Assembly (NCBI GenBank): GCA_025358455.1
Contig: JANYJP010000052.1
Coordinates: 8,643 to 72,642, forward strand
From: Bacteroidales bacterium
Lineage (GTDB): Bacteria > Bacteroidota > Bacteroidia > Bacteroidales > VadinHA17
Reading direction: 5' to 3'
Length of the DNA stretch: 64,000 nt
A program made the position numbers and the translations under genes. Below the pieces are notes generated by a model, which searched no databases, was not told where the DNA came from, and worked only from the letters and a program-made list of their open reading frames with translations. Below are positions 49,460 through 60,051 of the stretch, in pieces (positions within the stretch are counted from its first letter, which is position 1; every line of letters begins with the position of its first letter).

Positions 49460-50896
49460 TTACAGATCATCGAGAGAAAACCCGAGCTTAAGCAGATTAC
49501 CGGGTTGAAGTATAGTTCTGAGTTTTGAGTCATCCAACACTTTCAGTATATTATTGGCTTCGAAGATATTGATCTTCTTTTCTTTCATAAGCAAAGATAT
49601 TTCAGCGGCCTTATGATAACCGATATGAGGACTTAAAGCTGTTGTAATGGATGGGCTGTTAATCAGTGCTTCATATCCGGCAGTTTCATCTATTTTCAGT
49701 CCGGCAAACAGATTATTCAATAAAGTAATATTGCAGGATATCAGGAGGTTAATACTTTCAATGATTGCATAACCAATTACCGGCAGGTATGCATTCAGTT
49801 CAAGTGAGCCTTGTCCGCAGAGTGAACTTATCAGAACATCATTTGAATAAATTTTATGAGCAGAGGAAATTATAAACTCAGGGATTACCGGATTAACCTT
49901 ACCAGGCATGATTGAACTTCCTACCTGCATTTCAGGTATTGAAATAGTTTTTTTACCAGCAAGATCAGAAGACATAATGCGCAGGTCGGAAGACATTTTT
50001 TCCAGATTAACAGCATGTGCTTTTAATGTGGCATGTATCTCCACCCATCTGTCGAGATTAGAAGTTGCATCGGAAAGATTTTCACCATGGGCAAGTGGCA
50101 ATCCTGTAAGATCGCGTAATTCCGGAACTACTTCCATAATGAAATACCGTGGGAGCGACAGACCCGTTCCGATAGCGCCACCGCCCAGATTAACCTGTTT
50201 AATCCGTTCAGAGCATTTTGAAACTCTCCACCAGTCGCGCGACAGAGCCTCATTATAAGTACTGAATAATAAACCGAATGATGAGGGTACAGCTTCCTGC
50301 ATCTGGGTATATCCCGGACGAAGTTTTTCCCTGTTTCCCGCTTCAAATTCTTCTACCTTCTGGCGGAGCATATTTATCTTCTCTTCAAGTGATTGAAGAA
50401 GTTTCATTACTGCAACTGTGAGAGCAGTAGGAATTACATCGTTGGTCGATTGATAGATGTTAGCATGTTCTGTGGGATCAATAAAATCATATTCACCGCA
50501 TTTGTGACCGGTCTTCAGCAGAGCTGAGTTTGTGATGATCTCATTGATGTTCATATTGATGCTGGTCCCGGCCCCTCCCTGAACAGCAGGAACAATGAAT
50601 TGATCAAAATGATTTCCCTCGGCAACTCCGGATGCAGCTTCAATCATTTCACCAATAAAATCATTCCTTATTATCTTATCAGGAAGGTCTTTCCCATATT
50701 TTTCAATAGCAGTTTTGCAGAATTTTTTGTAGGTATTATAGCAGGCAAGTTTGGTAATACCTACTGCCTTATACCATTCGATCGGGAATTGAGTATTCCC
50801 TGGAAAATTTTCTTTTGCCCTCACAGCATGAATACCATATAAAGCATCGGCTGGTATTTGTCTCTGGCCAAGACTGTCTTTTTCTATCCGGTACAT
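49460..50896 (-). CDS. aspA: Aspartate ammonia-lyase
   Basis: RIEKDSLG, QGGAGTSINMN.NE, QSTND, GSSIMPGKVNP; start moved to 50896. Confidence 0.88.
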   Translation of the reverse strand: MYRIEKDSLGQRQIPADALYGIHAVRAKENFPGNTQFPIEWYKAVGITKLACYNTYKKFCKTAIEKYGKDLPDKIIRNDFIGEMIEAASGVAEGNHFDQFIVPAVQGGAGTSINMNINEIITNSALLKTGHKCGEYDFIDPTEHANIYQSTNDVIPTALTVAVMKLLQSLEEKINMLRQKVEEFEAGNREKLRPGYTQMQEAVPSSFGLLFSTYNEALSRDWWRVSKCSERIKQVNLGGGAIGTGLSLPRYFIMEVVPELRDLTGLPLAHGENLSDATSNLDRWVEIHATLKAHAVNLEKMSSDLRIMSSDLAGKKTISIPEMQVGSSIMPGKVNPVIPEFIISSAHKIYSNDVLISSLCGQGSLELNAYLPVIGYAIIESINLLISCNITLLNNLFAGLKIDETAGYEALINSPSITTALSPHIGYHKAAEISLLMKEKKINIFEANNILKVLDDSKLRTILQPGNLLKLGFSLDDL

Positions 50897-51000
50897 AGGG
50901 TCGATATTTCTCTGTTTTTTCGCATCCTTCAACCTAAAGAGGGTATAAATCAATCTCAGAATGTGTGTCGCTTCGCGGGAGATGGGGGCATTCAAAAGAG

Positions 51001-52176
51001 TCAGATGTTGCTACCCGAAACGGGTTTTGCATATGCAACTACATCATTTCCGGTAATTTCACTCTGGCAAAGGATTATCAGTCTCTCAATAACATTTCTG
51101 AACTCTCTTATATTTCCTGTCCATTGTATTCTTTTGAGCTCATCTATTGCATCTTTCTTTATTATCTTTCTGCTCATGCCATATTCATTGCAGATCAGTG
51201 TGTTAAAATGTTCTGCCAGGAGGGGAATATCTTCAGTTCGTTCGTTAAGTGAAGGGACATGGATAAGGATTACACTCAGCCTGTGATACAAATCTTCTCT
51301 GAATCCATTCGTTTCAATCTCTTTTTTGATATTTTTATTTGTAGCAGTTATTACCCTTACATTCACATGAATATCTTTATCTGAGCCGACCCTTGTAATT
51401 TTATTTTCCTGAAGTGCCCTCAGTACTTTAGCCTGTGCTGACAGGCTCATGTCACCAATCTCATCAAGGAACAGAGTACCTCCATTAGCCTGTTCAAATT
51501 TGCCAATCCTCTGTTTAATAGCTGATGTGAATGACCCTTTTTCGTGACCAAAAAGCTCACTTTCAATAAGTTCAGATGGTATGGCAGCGCAATTTACCTC
51601 AACAAACGGGCCTTTTGCCCTGCTACTTTTTTCATGGATCTGATGTGCCACCAGCTCTTTTCCTGTTCCGTTTGCACCGGTAATAAGTACTCTTGCTTCA
51701 GTTGATGCAACCCTGTCGATCATACTTTTGACCTTCTCGATTGGTTCAGATTCACCAACAATCTCATACATCTTGCTGACCTTATTTTTAAGAACCTGAG
51801 TCTGTGTGATAAGAGTGGACTTATCCATAGCATTTCGGATCGTGATCAGGAGTCTGTTAAGGTCGAGGGGCTTTTCGAGAAAATCGTAAGCTCCTTTTTT
51901 TATTGCTTCAACGGCTGTATCGATATTACCGTGACCGGAGATCATAATAACAGGTGTATCATTTGAAGTCTCAGCTATTTTACCAAGAACTTCAATACCA
52001 TCCATCTTGGCCATCTTGATGTCGCAGAGAATTATATCGTATGAGTTGGCGGAAAACATCTCAAGGCCTTTTGGCCCATCTTCAGCGAGATCGACCTCAT
52101 ATTTCTCATACTCAAGAACCTCCTTCAGTGTATTCCGGATTGCCCTTTCGTCATCAATTACTAATATTTTAGACAT
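51001..52176 (-). CDS. NtrC/NtrX-like response regulator (REC + AAA+), no C-terminal HTH
   Basis: VIDDE, LCD (phospho-Asp), KP; GANGTGKE, ESELFGHEKGSFTSA, LDEIGD, WTGNIRE; ends shortly after sensor II. Confidence 0.92.
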   Translation of the reverse strand: MSKILVIDDERAIRNTLKEVLEYEKYEVDLAEDGPKGLEMFSANSYDIILCDIKMAKMDGIEVLGKIAETSNDTPVIMISGHGNIDTAVEAIKKGAYDFLEKPLDLNRLLITIRNAMDKSTLITQTQVLKNKVSKMYEIVGESEPIEKVKSMIDRVASTEARVLITGANGTGKELVAHQIHEKSSRAKGPFVEVNCAAIPSELIESELFGHEKGSFTSAIKQRIGKFEQANGGTLFLDEIGDMSLSAQAKVLRALQENKITRVGSDKDIHVNVRVITATNKNIKKEIETNGFREDLYHRLSVILIHVPSLNERTEDIPLLAEHFNTLICNEYGMSRKIIKKDAIDELKRIQWTGNIREFRNVIERLIILCQSEITGNDVVAYAKPVSGSNI

Positions 52177-52271
52177 TTACTTTTGTCTTTTACTTTCACC
52201 TTTTGTCTTTCACCTTTTTTCACCACGGATTACACGGAGATCGCGGATTTGCCCTGTGCCCTGTGCCTTTC
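52177..52271. repeat. Composite patch of degenerate 7- and 9-mer tandem repeats
   Basis: CTTTTGT/CTTTCAC heptamers, CACGGATTA/CACGGAGAT/CGCGGATTT nonamers, (GCCCTGT)x2. Confidence 0.65.
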
Positions 52272-52272
52272 T

Positions 52273-53631
52273 TTACCCACTGTATCTCAGCCACTTCCAC
52301 ATCTCTTTCCAGGAAGTCTTTTTGCCGTACATCAGGATTCCTGTACGATACACCTTTGCTGCCATCCATACAAATCCTGCAAATGTTACAAGCATTATTA
52401 TCATGGAAACAGCTATCTGCCAGTAAGGTACACCAAATGGAATGCGCGCCATCATAACAATAGGTGAGGTAAGGGGGATCATTGAGCACCAGAATGACAG
52501 AGAGCTCTCAGGGTTTTGCATAGTCCCCATCGCAACCATAAGTGCGAGTATTATTGGAATTGTTACCGGAAGCATGAATTGCTGCGTTTCAGTTTCATTA
52601 TCGACTGCGGAGCCGATTGCAGCAAAAACGGACGCGTACAAAAGATATCCTGTTATAAAATAAAAGATAAAACAGATTATTATCAGTACCCATGGCTGAT
52701 TCATAGCGCTGTCGAACAGCATGGAGAACTCAGCAAGTTTCGGAGAAACATCTGCCTGTTGTGTTGAAACAGCAACCGTCTGACTGCCTGACATTACGTT
52801 CTGAGGAACATTTTGAGTTATCTCAGTCATATCGGTTTTTGACAGCAGTGTAGTTTTAAGAACAGTAATAATGGCTACTGTAAGAAATATCCAGATAAGA
52901 AATTGAGTCAGCCCAACAAGAGCAATTCCAACAATTTTTCCCAGCATTAACTGAACCGGTTTGACTGAAGAAATTATTACTTCGACGACTCTGCTTGTTT
53001 TTTCCTCAATAACGCCTCTCATTACCTGGGCCCCAAAAATAAATACAAGCATATACATAAGGAAACCAAATATATATGCCAGGGCCATAGCTATCCCGGT
53101 GCTTGTCTTTTTTACTGCTCCTGTTGAATCTATATTGATAGTCTGTATGGAAACACTTGTCTCAATGTTTTTCATTATATCATCAAGATTATCGATTTTA
53201 TAGGCAAGTAACTTTTGCCTTTCAATCTCCTTTTTAAGAGAGTTCTCAATATGTTGCAGCAGACCAATCGGAGGCTGTTGTTTTGAGATAAGCTCAACAG
53301 CATTAGGAGTGTTTATCAGTTCAGGTGATATCCAGAGAATTCCATAGTAACCTGAATTTTCAAAAGATTTCTTCAGATCCTCTACTTTTGTATTTTCAAG
53401 GTATATAAATTCAGCATCTTTCGTGTTTGGAACAACACCTTTAAAAAGATCGGAGTTATCTTCAACCACGGCAATCTTTTTATGTTCACCACCCTGATTC
53501 ATCATAAATACAGTAGGCAGAATAAAAATTGCTGCCATAAGCAGAGGTGCAAGAACAGTCATGATGATAAATGATTTTTTTCTTACCCTTGTTACATATT
53601 CTCTTTTAATAATAACAGATATTTTGTTCAT
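52273..53631 (-). CDS. ABC-2 permease (NatB/YhaP-like)
   Basis: REY..RVR.KSF, V.EEK.SRV.EV.ISSV, GK, S.IP.TSP..M.AR. Confidence 0.9.
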   Translation of the reverse strand: MNKISVIIKREYVTRVRKKSFIIMTVLAPLLMAAIFILPTVFMMNQGGEHKKIAVVEDNSDLFKGVVPNTKDAEFIYLENTKVEDLKKSFENSGYYGILWISPELINTPNAVELISKQQPPIGLLQHIENSLKKEIERQKLLAYKIDNLDDIMKNIETSVSIQTINIDSTGAVKKTSTGIAMALAYIFGFLMYMLVFIFGAQVMRGVIEEKTSRVVEVIISSVKPVQLMLGKIVGIALVGLTQFLIWIFLTVAIITVLKTTLLSKTDMTEITQNVPQNVMSGSQTVAVSTQQADVSPKLAEFSMLFDSAMNQPWVLIIICFIFYFITGYLLYASVFAAIGSAVDNETETQQFMLPVTIPIILALMVAMGTMQNPESSLSFWCSMIPLTSPIVMMARIPFGVPYWQIAVSMIIMLVTFAGFVWMAAKVYRTGILMYGKKTSWKEMWKWLRYSG

Positions 53632-53662
53632 AATGTGAAGGTTTCGAAGTTACTTTCAGGTT

Positions 53663-54571
53663 TTAATTACGGGCTTCAATTACTCTTATAAAAATCTCAT
53701 TCATAGATGGGAGAGCAGGGTTAAAAGAGTTGATGTTCCCTGATTTCATCAAAGTCTGAAGAATTTCATTAGTATTAATAGTACCAGTTGTTTTAAGCCG
53801 GATAATACTTTTATTATTCTCCTGTTTCTGATTCAGTACATTGTAATGACCGTTACCTTCAATTTTTACGTCACCTTCATAAATCAGGTCATATTCGTTA
53901 GCTGCCCATTTACTGCGGATTTCATCAACACTCCCTTCAAGAATTGTTTTTGCCTTATCAATGAGGGTTATATTATCACAGAGTTCTTCCACAGATGCCA
54001 TGTTATGAGTTGAAAATATTATTGTGGCTCCTCTTTCTCGCAGAAAAAGTATCTCATTCTTAATAATATTGGCATTTAGCGGGTCAAATCCGGTGAAAGG
54101 CTCATCAAAAATCAGAAGTTTGGGTTCGTGAAGAATTGTAATAATAAACTGAACTTTCTGTTGCATTCCTTTTGATAACTCTTCCACTTTTTTCCCCCAC
54201 CAGTCGACAATATCAAGTTTTTTAAACCAGTATTTAAGCCTTTTCATTGCTTCAGCTTTGGAAAGTCCTTTTAGCTGGGCAAAATAAACGGCTTGTTCGC
54301 CAACCTTCATTTTTTTATACAAACCTCTTTCCTCAGGAAGATACCCGATAAACTGAACATCCTCCGGCATTAATTTCTTACCATCCAGGAATAATTCCCC
54401 GGTATCAGGTCCTGTTATCTGGTTAATGATCCTGATTAAAGTAGTTTTTCCTGCACCATTGGGTCCAAGTAATCCATAAATACATTGTTCCGGTACAGAA
54501 ATGCTTACGTTGTCGAGTGCCAGGTGGTTCGCGAATTGTTTTGTGATATTCTTTGCTTCAAAAAGTGGCAT
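53663..54571 (-). CDS. ABC transporter ATP-binding protein (NatA/YhaQ-like)
   Basis: GPNGAGKTT, YLPEERGLY, LSKGMQQK, DEPFTG.DP. Confidence 0.93.
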   Translation of the reverse strand: MPLFEAKNITKQFANHLALDNVSISVPEQCIYGLLGPNGAGKTTLIRIINQITGPDTGELFLDGKKLMPEDVQFIGYLPEERGLYKKMKVGEQAVYFAQLKGLSKAEAMKRLKYWFKKLDIVDWWGKKVEELSKGMQQKVQFIITILHEPKLLIFDEPFTGFDPLNANIIKNEILFLRERGATIIFSTHNMASVEELCDNITLIDKAKTILEGSVDEIRSKWAANEYDLIYEGDVKIEGNGHYNVLNQKQENNKSIIRLKTTGTINTNEILQTLMKSGNINSFNPALPSMNEIFIRVIEARN

Positions 54572-54739
54572 ATGGCATTAATTTTAAATATTTCTAAAGA
54601 CACGTAAATATATAGAAAAATCACCGTGATACTCTCCCGATTAATTGTTACAAGTTATACTTCTCTGTTTGATTTGTTGCAAGTTACTTGAAGCAGCCCA
54701 GTCCAGGCATGAGTGAACTCACCCTCATACCCGTCTATT

Positions 54740-55888
54740 CTATTCAAAATACCCTTTCATCCTTTCGAAAAAACCTTTATCGTTTTTATCAGGATTTGGT
54801 ATAAAAGATTCAGAATCCCTGAATTTCTCAATGATCTTAATCTCATCCTTGTTAACACTTTTTGGGATCCATACATTAACATTGACAAGAAGATCGCCTC
54901 TTCCGTAACCATTGACTTCCGGTAATCCTTTCCCTCTCAGTCGCAAAATTTTGCCCGGCTGAGTTCCCGGTTCTATCTTTATTTTTACATTAGTCTCAAC
55001 AGTAGGTACCTCAACATATGTGCCGAGAACTGCATCCGGTATACTTATAAACAGGTTATAGATTAGATCGTTACCTTCTCTTATCAGTTCAGTATGTTCC
55101 TCTTCATCAATAACAACAAGAAGATCTCCGTTTATTCCACCTCTTCTGGGAGCATTTCCTTTCCCTTCTACTGTCATCTGCATTCCTTTGCCAACGCCGG
55201 CTGGAATATTGATCTTGATTACATCTTCTTTCTGAACGATACCTTCACCATAGCAGGCAATACATTTCTTTGTAATGGACTTCCCCTCACCACCACATGA
55301 AGGACAGACAGAAGTTGTCTGCATCTGTCCAAGCATTGTATTTGTCAGCCTTGTAACGTGTCCGGAACCATGGCAGGTTGAACAGGTAGATAAGCTTGAT
55401 GCGTCAGCAGCCCCTGTTCCAGAGCATGTGGTGCAGGTATCGTATTTATTGACTTTGATTTTTTTCTCGGCCCCTGTTGCTATTTCCTGAAGGGTAAGTT
55501 TAACTTTCACACGGAGATTGCTTCCTTTATTGACTCTTCTGGCCCGTCTGCCTCCGCTGAAACCGCCGAACCCACCAAAAGCATCACCGAAAATATCCCC
55601 GAAAGATGAAAATATATCATCCATGGTCATGCCTGCGCCACCATAGTTGGTTGAAGAAGCACTTCCCATTCCTGCATGTCCGAACCGATCGTACCTTGCC
55701 TTTTTCTCTTCATTACTTAAAACTTCGTAAGCTTCAGCAGCTTCCTTGAAATTATCCTCGGACTTTTTGTCGCCCGGATTTTTATCAGGATGAAACTTTA
55801 AAGCTTGTTTTCTGTATGCTTTCTTAATCTCTTCTTTTGTTGCTTCCTTCGATACCCCAAGCACTTCATAATAATCTCTTTTTCCCAT
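54740..55888 (-). CDS. dnaJ: Chaperone DnaJ
   Basis: HPD J-domain, G/F-rich region, four CxxCxGxG repeats. Confidence 0.98.
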   Translation of the reverse strand: MGKRDYYEVLGVSKEATKEEIKKAYRKQALKFHPDKNPGDKKSEDNFKEAAEAYEVLSNEEKKARYDRFGHAGMGSASSTNYGGAGMTMDDIFSSFGDIFGDAFGGFGGFSGGRRARRVNKGSNLRVKVKLTLQEIATGAEKKIKVNKYDTCTTCSGTGAADASSLSTCSTCHGSGHVTRLTNTMLGQMQTTSVCPSCGGEGKSITKKCIACYGEGIVQKEDVIKINIPAGVGKGMQMTVEGKGNAPRRGGINGDLLVVIDEEEHTELIREGNDLIYNLFISIPDAVLGTYVEVPTVETNVKIKIEPGTQPGKILRLRGKGLPEVNGYGRGDLLVNVNVWIPKSVNKDEIKIIEKFRDSESFIPNPDKNDKGFFERMKGYFE

Positions 55889-55944
55889 CCCTTGTAAATT
55901 TTTATTGCTTAAGCCACTATTCCCGCATTCCGGAAAAATACTTT

Positions 55945-56592
55945 TTATTCGCCAACTACAACTTTTGAAAACCTTAATACTTTATCATGCAGATAATAAC
56001 CCTTTAAAACAACATCAACAATTTTACCCTTTTGGTCATTATCATCAACGGGAACTTTTGCAACAGCTTCATGAAGATCAACATTGAAATTATTATTCAT
56101 AGCATCAATCTCCTTTATACCGTTCTGTTTGAGAAATTCACTGAATTTCGAATAGATTAACTCTATTCCGCTCTTCATCGCATCAAAATCAGCCGATATA
56201 TCTATATGCTGCAAGGCTCTTTCAAAATCATCCATAATCGGAATAATTTTTAATAACAGATTTTCTTCAGCATATTTTGATAAATCCATTTTTTCGCGCA
56301 GGGTCCTCTTTCTGTAATTATCAAATTCAGCAGAAAGACGGAGATATTTGTCCTGCATTTCTGCCAGTTTTTCTTCCGCGGCCCTCACTTCGCGGACAAC
56401 TTTGTCAGCGATAGGTCCCCCGTCTGATGGCTCATCTGATTCATCATTATTGGGGTCAACGGTAACTTGATAGTCGCCCTTCTCCCCTGATATGATTTCA
56501 GGTGAATCTGTATTTTCTTTATTATCAGTTGTTTTGTTATTATTTTTTAGTTTACTCTCTTCCTGGTTATGCATCTTTTTCTTCATCATCAC
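55945..56592 (-). CDS. grpE: Nucleotide exchange factor GrpE
   Basis: [26 protein letters not shown]....VLR..KVVV; exact start uncertain. Confidence 0.96.
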   Translation of the reverse strand: MMMKKKMHNQEESKLKNNNKTTDNKENTDSPEIISGEKGDYQVTVDPNNDESDEPSDGGPIADKVVREVRAAEEKLAEMQDKYLRLSAEFDNYRKRTLREKMDLSKYAEENLLLKIIPIMDDFERALQHIDISADFDAMKSGIELIYSKFSEFLKQNGIKEIDAMNNNFNVDLHEAVAKVPVDDNDQKGKIVDVVLKGYYLHDKVLRFSKVVVGE

Positions 56593-56622
56593 ACACTGTA
56601 TTTCAGTTTAATACCAATATTT

Positions 56623-56664
56623 AACAAAATACCTGCCAAGGGAGTGTTGAAGACATTTTGGCAG
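56623..56664 (-). promoter_or_regulatory. Possible sigma54-type promoter of grpE-dnaJ within a CTGCCA...TGGCAG inverted pair
   Basis: Minus strand TGGCAGG-TATT-TTGTT (56638-56623); the -12 C is replaced by T. Confidence 0.45.
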
Positions 56665-56670
56665 AGGTAG

Positions 56671-56757
56671 AATGACTGAGGTACTAAGTGACTCGAGGGA
56701 TTAAGTGACAATATCTGTATGTCCCTTAGTCTGTTGAGTCTCTGAGTCTCTTCGTCT
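56671..56757. repeat. Two inverted degenerate octamer arrays
   Basis: GACTGAGG/TACTAAGT/GACTCGAG... facing GTCCCTTA/GTCTGTTGA/GTCTCTGA/GTCTCTTC. Confidence 0.5.
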
Positions 56758-56797
56758 TCTCTTTTCGGTTAATTGATTTTCTTTTTTTGAATCGTTG

Positions 56798-58102
56798 TCA
56801 GATACGTTGAATGTCCGCCCCCAGCGCGTTAAGTCTGACATCAATATTCTCATAGCCTCTGTCGATCTGTTCAATATTATGAATAACACTCTTTCCTTCA
56901 GCAGAAAGGGCTGCAATAAGAAGTGCAACACCAGCCCTTATATCAGGTGATGACATAACAGTGCCTTTTAATCTGATCATTTTGTCCTGACCGATAACGG
57001 TTGCCCTATGAGGATCGCAAAGAATTATCTGAGCACCCATATCAATAAGTTTATCTACAAAAAAGAGGCGACTTTCAAACATTTTCTGATGTATCAGAAC
57101 TGCACCCTTGGCCTGAGTGGCAGTGACAAGGAACACACTTAATAAATCGGGCGTTAATCCTGGCCATATTGCATCAGCAATTGTCATTATTGATCCATCG
57201 ATAAAGGTCTCTATTTCATAATGTTCCTGATGAGGAATAAAAATATCATCACCTCTTCTTTCAAGCTTAATCCCAAGCCGGCGGAATGAGTCAGGAATAA
57301 TACCAAGACTGTCATACGATGTATTCTTAATAGTGATTTCCGATGCTGTCATCGCTGCCATGCCAATGAAAGATCCTATTTCTATCATGTCGGGAAGTAT
57401 GGTATGCGTACAACCGGTCAGGTTTTTCACCCCGTCGATAAAGAGAAGGTTTGAACTGATACCCTCAATTTTAGCTCCCATTGAAACCAGCATTCTGCAG
57501 AGTTGTTGGATATAAGGTTCACAGGCAGCATTATATATGGTTGTGCGTCCTTTTGCAAGTACAGCTGCCATGATAATATTTGCAGTTCCAGTAACTGAAG
57601 CTTCGTCAAGATGCAAATAAGCTCCGGTCAATGACGGGGCTTCAACCTTAAAGAACGGATCTGTGGAATCAAATTCAAATTTTGCCCCAAGTTTCTGAAA
57701 TCCAATAAAATGGGTATCTACTCTTCGCCGTCCAATCTTATCTCCGCCGGGTTTAGGTATGAAAGCTTTGCCAAACCTGGCAAGTAGCGGACCAACTATC
57801 ATAATCGATCCTCTTAAACTTGAACTTTGTGACCTGAATTCGCTGGTCTGAAGGTAATCAAGATTAACATTGACAGCTTCAAAATTTGTTATTGATTTTG
57901 ATACTCTGGAAACCTTAACGCCCATGCAGCCAATGAGTTCTATCAGATTGTTGACATCGCTTATGTCGGGAATATTTTTGATTGTAACTTTGCCGGAGGT
58001 AAGGAGAACTGCACATATTACCTGCAAAGCTTCATTTTTGGCACCTTGCGGGGTTATGTCTCCTCTAAGTGGTTTTCCGCCATTGACAATAAAAGTACCC
58101 AT
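56798..58102 (-). CDS. murA: UDP-N-acetylglucosamine 1-carboxyvinyltransferase (Asp-type active site)
   Basis: GAKN, LRGS...GPLLARFG, PGGDKIGRR, SVTGT.N, DIRAG, IDRGYE. Confidence 0.96.
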   Translation of the reverse strand: MGTFIVNGGKPLRGDITPQGAKNEALQVICAVLLTSGKVTIKNIPDISDVNNLIELIGCMGVKVSRVSKSITNFEAVNVNLDYLQTSEFRSQSSSLRGSIMIVGPLLARFGKAFIPKPGGDKIGRRRVDTHFIGFQKLGAKFEFDSTDPFFKVEAPSLTGAYLHLDEASVTGTANIIMAAVLAKGRTTIYNAACEPYIQQLCRMLVSMGAKIEGISSNLLFIDGVKNLTGCTHTILPDMIEIGSFIGMAAMTASEITIKNTSYDSLGIIPDSFRRLGIKLERRGDDIFIPHQEHYEIETFIDGSIMTIADAIWPGLTPDLLSVFLVTATQAKGAVLIHQKMFESRLFFVDKLIDMGAQIILCDPHRATVIGQDKMIRLKGTVMSSPDIRAGVALLIAALSAEGKSVIHNIEQIDRGYENIDVRLNALGADIQRI

Positions 58103-58746
58103 TAATGTCTGATATGTCCTTTTTTCTTATTGTAGGGTTTGTTCAGTTGTTTTCCGTGAGGTTTGCCCAGGGGTTTCCTTTTTACAGGGGGGATCAGCTC
58201 TCTTACTTCAAGTATTCTTACTCCATCGGTCATTTTCAGTTTCCCCCGGGATAATAATTTCATGTTTTCAATGATCACCTCATCTGCAACCTGGCCTCTG
58301 TTCCAGGTGATGTATGATTTTTTCATCTGATTAACTATCAGCGTTGTGAAGTACTCTTTTTCATCACCATCCTCCATTTCGGAAGCAGCGTCAATCATAA
58401 GTTCAATGATACGACCGTAGTGAAGAAATCTGATATTGCCCTGTTTGTAAGGTACCTGATTTGGTTTCTCAACAAACTTCGCCGGTTCAGGCACAGGATA
58501 GGGGGAATCGATATCCAGTTCAAAACTTGCTATCAGTGCAAGATGATCCCATAGTTTATGTTTAAAATCTCCAATATCGCGAAGATGAGGATTAAGATTG
58601 CCCATAATCGAAATTATAGTTTTTGCAGCACGGTTTCTTTCATCCCTGTTCTCAATGGTTTTAATATGATCAACCATTTTCTGAACATTTCTTCCATACT
58701 CAGGCAATGCCATCCTCTTCCTCTGTGTATTGTAATCGTAATTCAT
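58102..58746 (-). CDS. DUF4290-like protein
   Basis: YNT....LPEYGRNVQ.MV, HKLWDHL, LDIDSPYP; typical Bacteroidota gene upstream of murA. Confidence 0.85.
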   Translation of the reverse strand: MNYDYNTQRKRMALPEYGRNVQKMVDHIKTIENRDERNRAAKTIISIMGNLNPHLRDIGDFKHKLWDHLALIASFELDIDSPYPVPEPAKFVEKPNQVPYKQGNIRFLHYGRIIELMIDAASEMEDGDEKEYFTTLIVNQMKKSYITWNRGQVADEVIIENMKLLSRGKLKMTDGVRILEVRELIPPVKRKPLGKPHGKQLNKPYNKKKGHIRH

Positions 58747-58905
58747 CCTGCGCTATTTATTTTATGCAAAGCTAATAATTTAATGCTAATTTAAGAAAGT
58801 GAAGATAATAGCAGTCGGTATCAGAATATTTGTTTGACAATAAATATCGATATATTAATAATTGTAACAAATCAGTGCCTGGAGTTTGGAGTTCCAAGCT
58901 CCAGT

Positions 58906-60051
58906 TCACTTTAAGTACTGATTAGTTATATACTCTTTAATGCCTGTGTTTTGTTTATAAAGAAGCGACCTGGAATCATCAATAAACTTTTTCATCTGGA
59001 TGAATTCACCTGAAGTACCGAAGAACTCAGGTTTACCTTCAAACTCTGAACAGGGTAATATGAAAAATTTCTTTCTGTACTTTTCAATTGGAGTATATAC
59101 CCAGGTCAGATAATATCCTGCATCTGAAATTTTTATTGCATTACCGACTCTTGTAAGCTCAATTCTCACTATTGACCCACCGTCGGTTTTTGGTTTTCTC
59201 TGGTTTGAAATAAAATTGCCAAGAGAATATACTACAATACCATCTTTTCCTGCAGGCTGATCCTTAGCCCAGATCATTTTTTGCAGTACATGTGGATGAG
59301 ACCCTATTACCAGATCAACTCCCAATGAGAAAAAATAGTTTGCAAGGTCAGTCTGGCTTTTTGACGGAATTGTATCATATTCAGTACCCCAGTGAAGAAA
59401 TAATATAATAATATCAGCATTTTTAGCCCGGGCTTTACTGATATCACCCGTAATTAAATCTTTATCTAATGCATTGACAATAACCGGTTCCGGGACAACT
59501 ATTCCATTTGTACCATATGTATAATTAAGGAGGGCTATTGAAAAACCTTTCCTGTTTATCATTAACGGAGTGAGACTATCGCGGCAAGCTGAATTAAGAA
59601 ATGTACCGGTATGGGGTATCCCAATACTATCAAGTTTAAAAATAGTGCTTAATATACCTTTTTTACCTCTGTCAGCGGCATGATTATTCGCGTTGACAAA
59701 GTAATCTATTCCAGCATCCCGACAGGCAACTGCAAGTTCAGCGGGTGAACTGAACTGAGGGTAACCCGTATAAGGCGGTCCCCCAAGAGTTACCTCAAAA
59801 TTTGCAATAGCGATATCAGCTTCAGATAAAACAGGCTTTATATATTTAAAAACGTCATCATAATTAAAAGTATGTGTTTCCCTGTTTTCGGCGGACCAGA
59901 TCTGTTCATCATGTCCCATAATATCACCTATGAACAAAAGGGAAATTTTGTTCTCCTGGTTGTTTGGAATCTGACAGCCGGCAGAAAATGAAACAGAAAC
60001 AAAAACTAAAATTAATAACAGGCTTCTAAGATGAAAATCAGTTCGTCTCAT
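58906..60051 (-). CDS. CapA-family metallophosphatase-fold protein
   Basis: GDIM.H, NFE, ANNH..D.G, LHWG.EY, GSHPHV.Q, YSLGNF; start moved to 60051. Confidence 0.88.
   Translation of the reverse strand: MRRTDFHLRSLLLILVFVSVSFSAGCQIPNNQENKISLLFIGDIMGHDEQIWSAENRETHTFNYDDVFKYIKPVLSEADIAIANFEVTLGGPPYTGYPQFSSPAELAVACRDAGIDYFVNANNHAADRGKKGILSTIFKLDSIGIPHTGTFLNSACRDSLTPLMINRKGFSIALLNYTYGTNGIVVPEPVIVNALDKDLITGDISKARAKNADIIILFLHWGTEYDTIPSKSQTDLANYFFSLGVDLVIGSHPHVLQKMIWAKDQPAGKDGIVVYSLGNFISNQRKPKTDGGSIVRIELTRVGNAIKISDAGYYLTWVYTPIEKYRKKFFILPCSEFEGKPEFFGTSGEFIQMKKFIDDSRSLLYKQNTGIKEYITNQYLK

Noticed and set aside
58906-60051. Poly-gamma-glutamate capsule locus
   Set aside because: capB and capC are absent, and stand-alone CapA-family genes are widespread.
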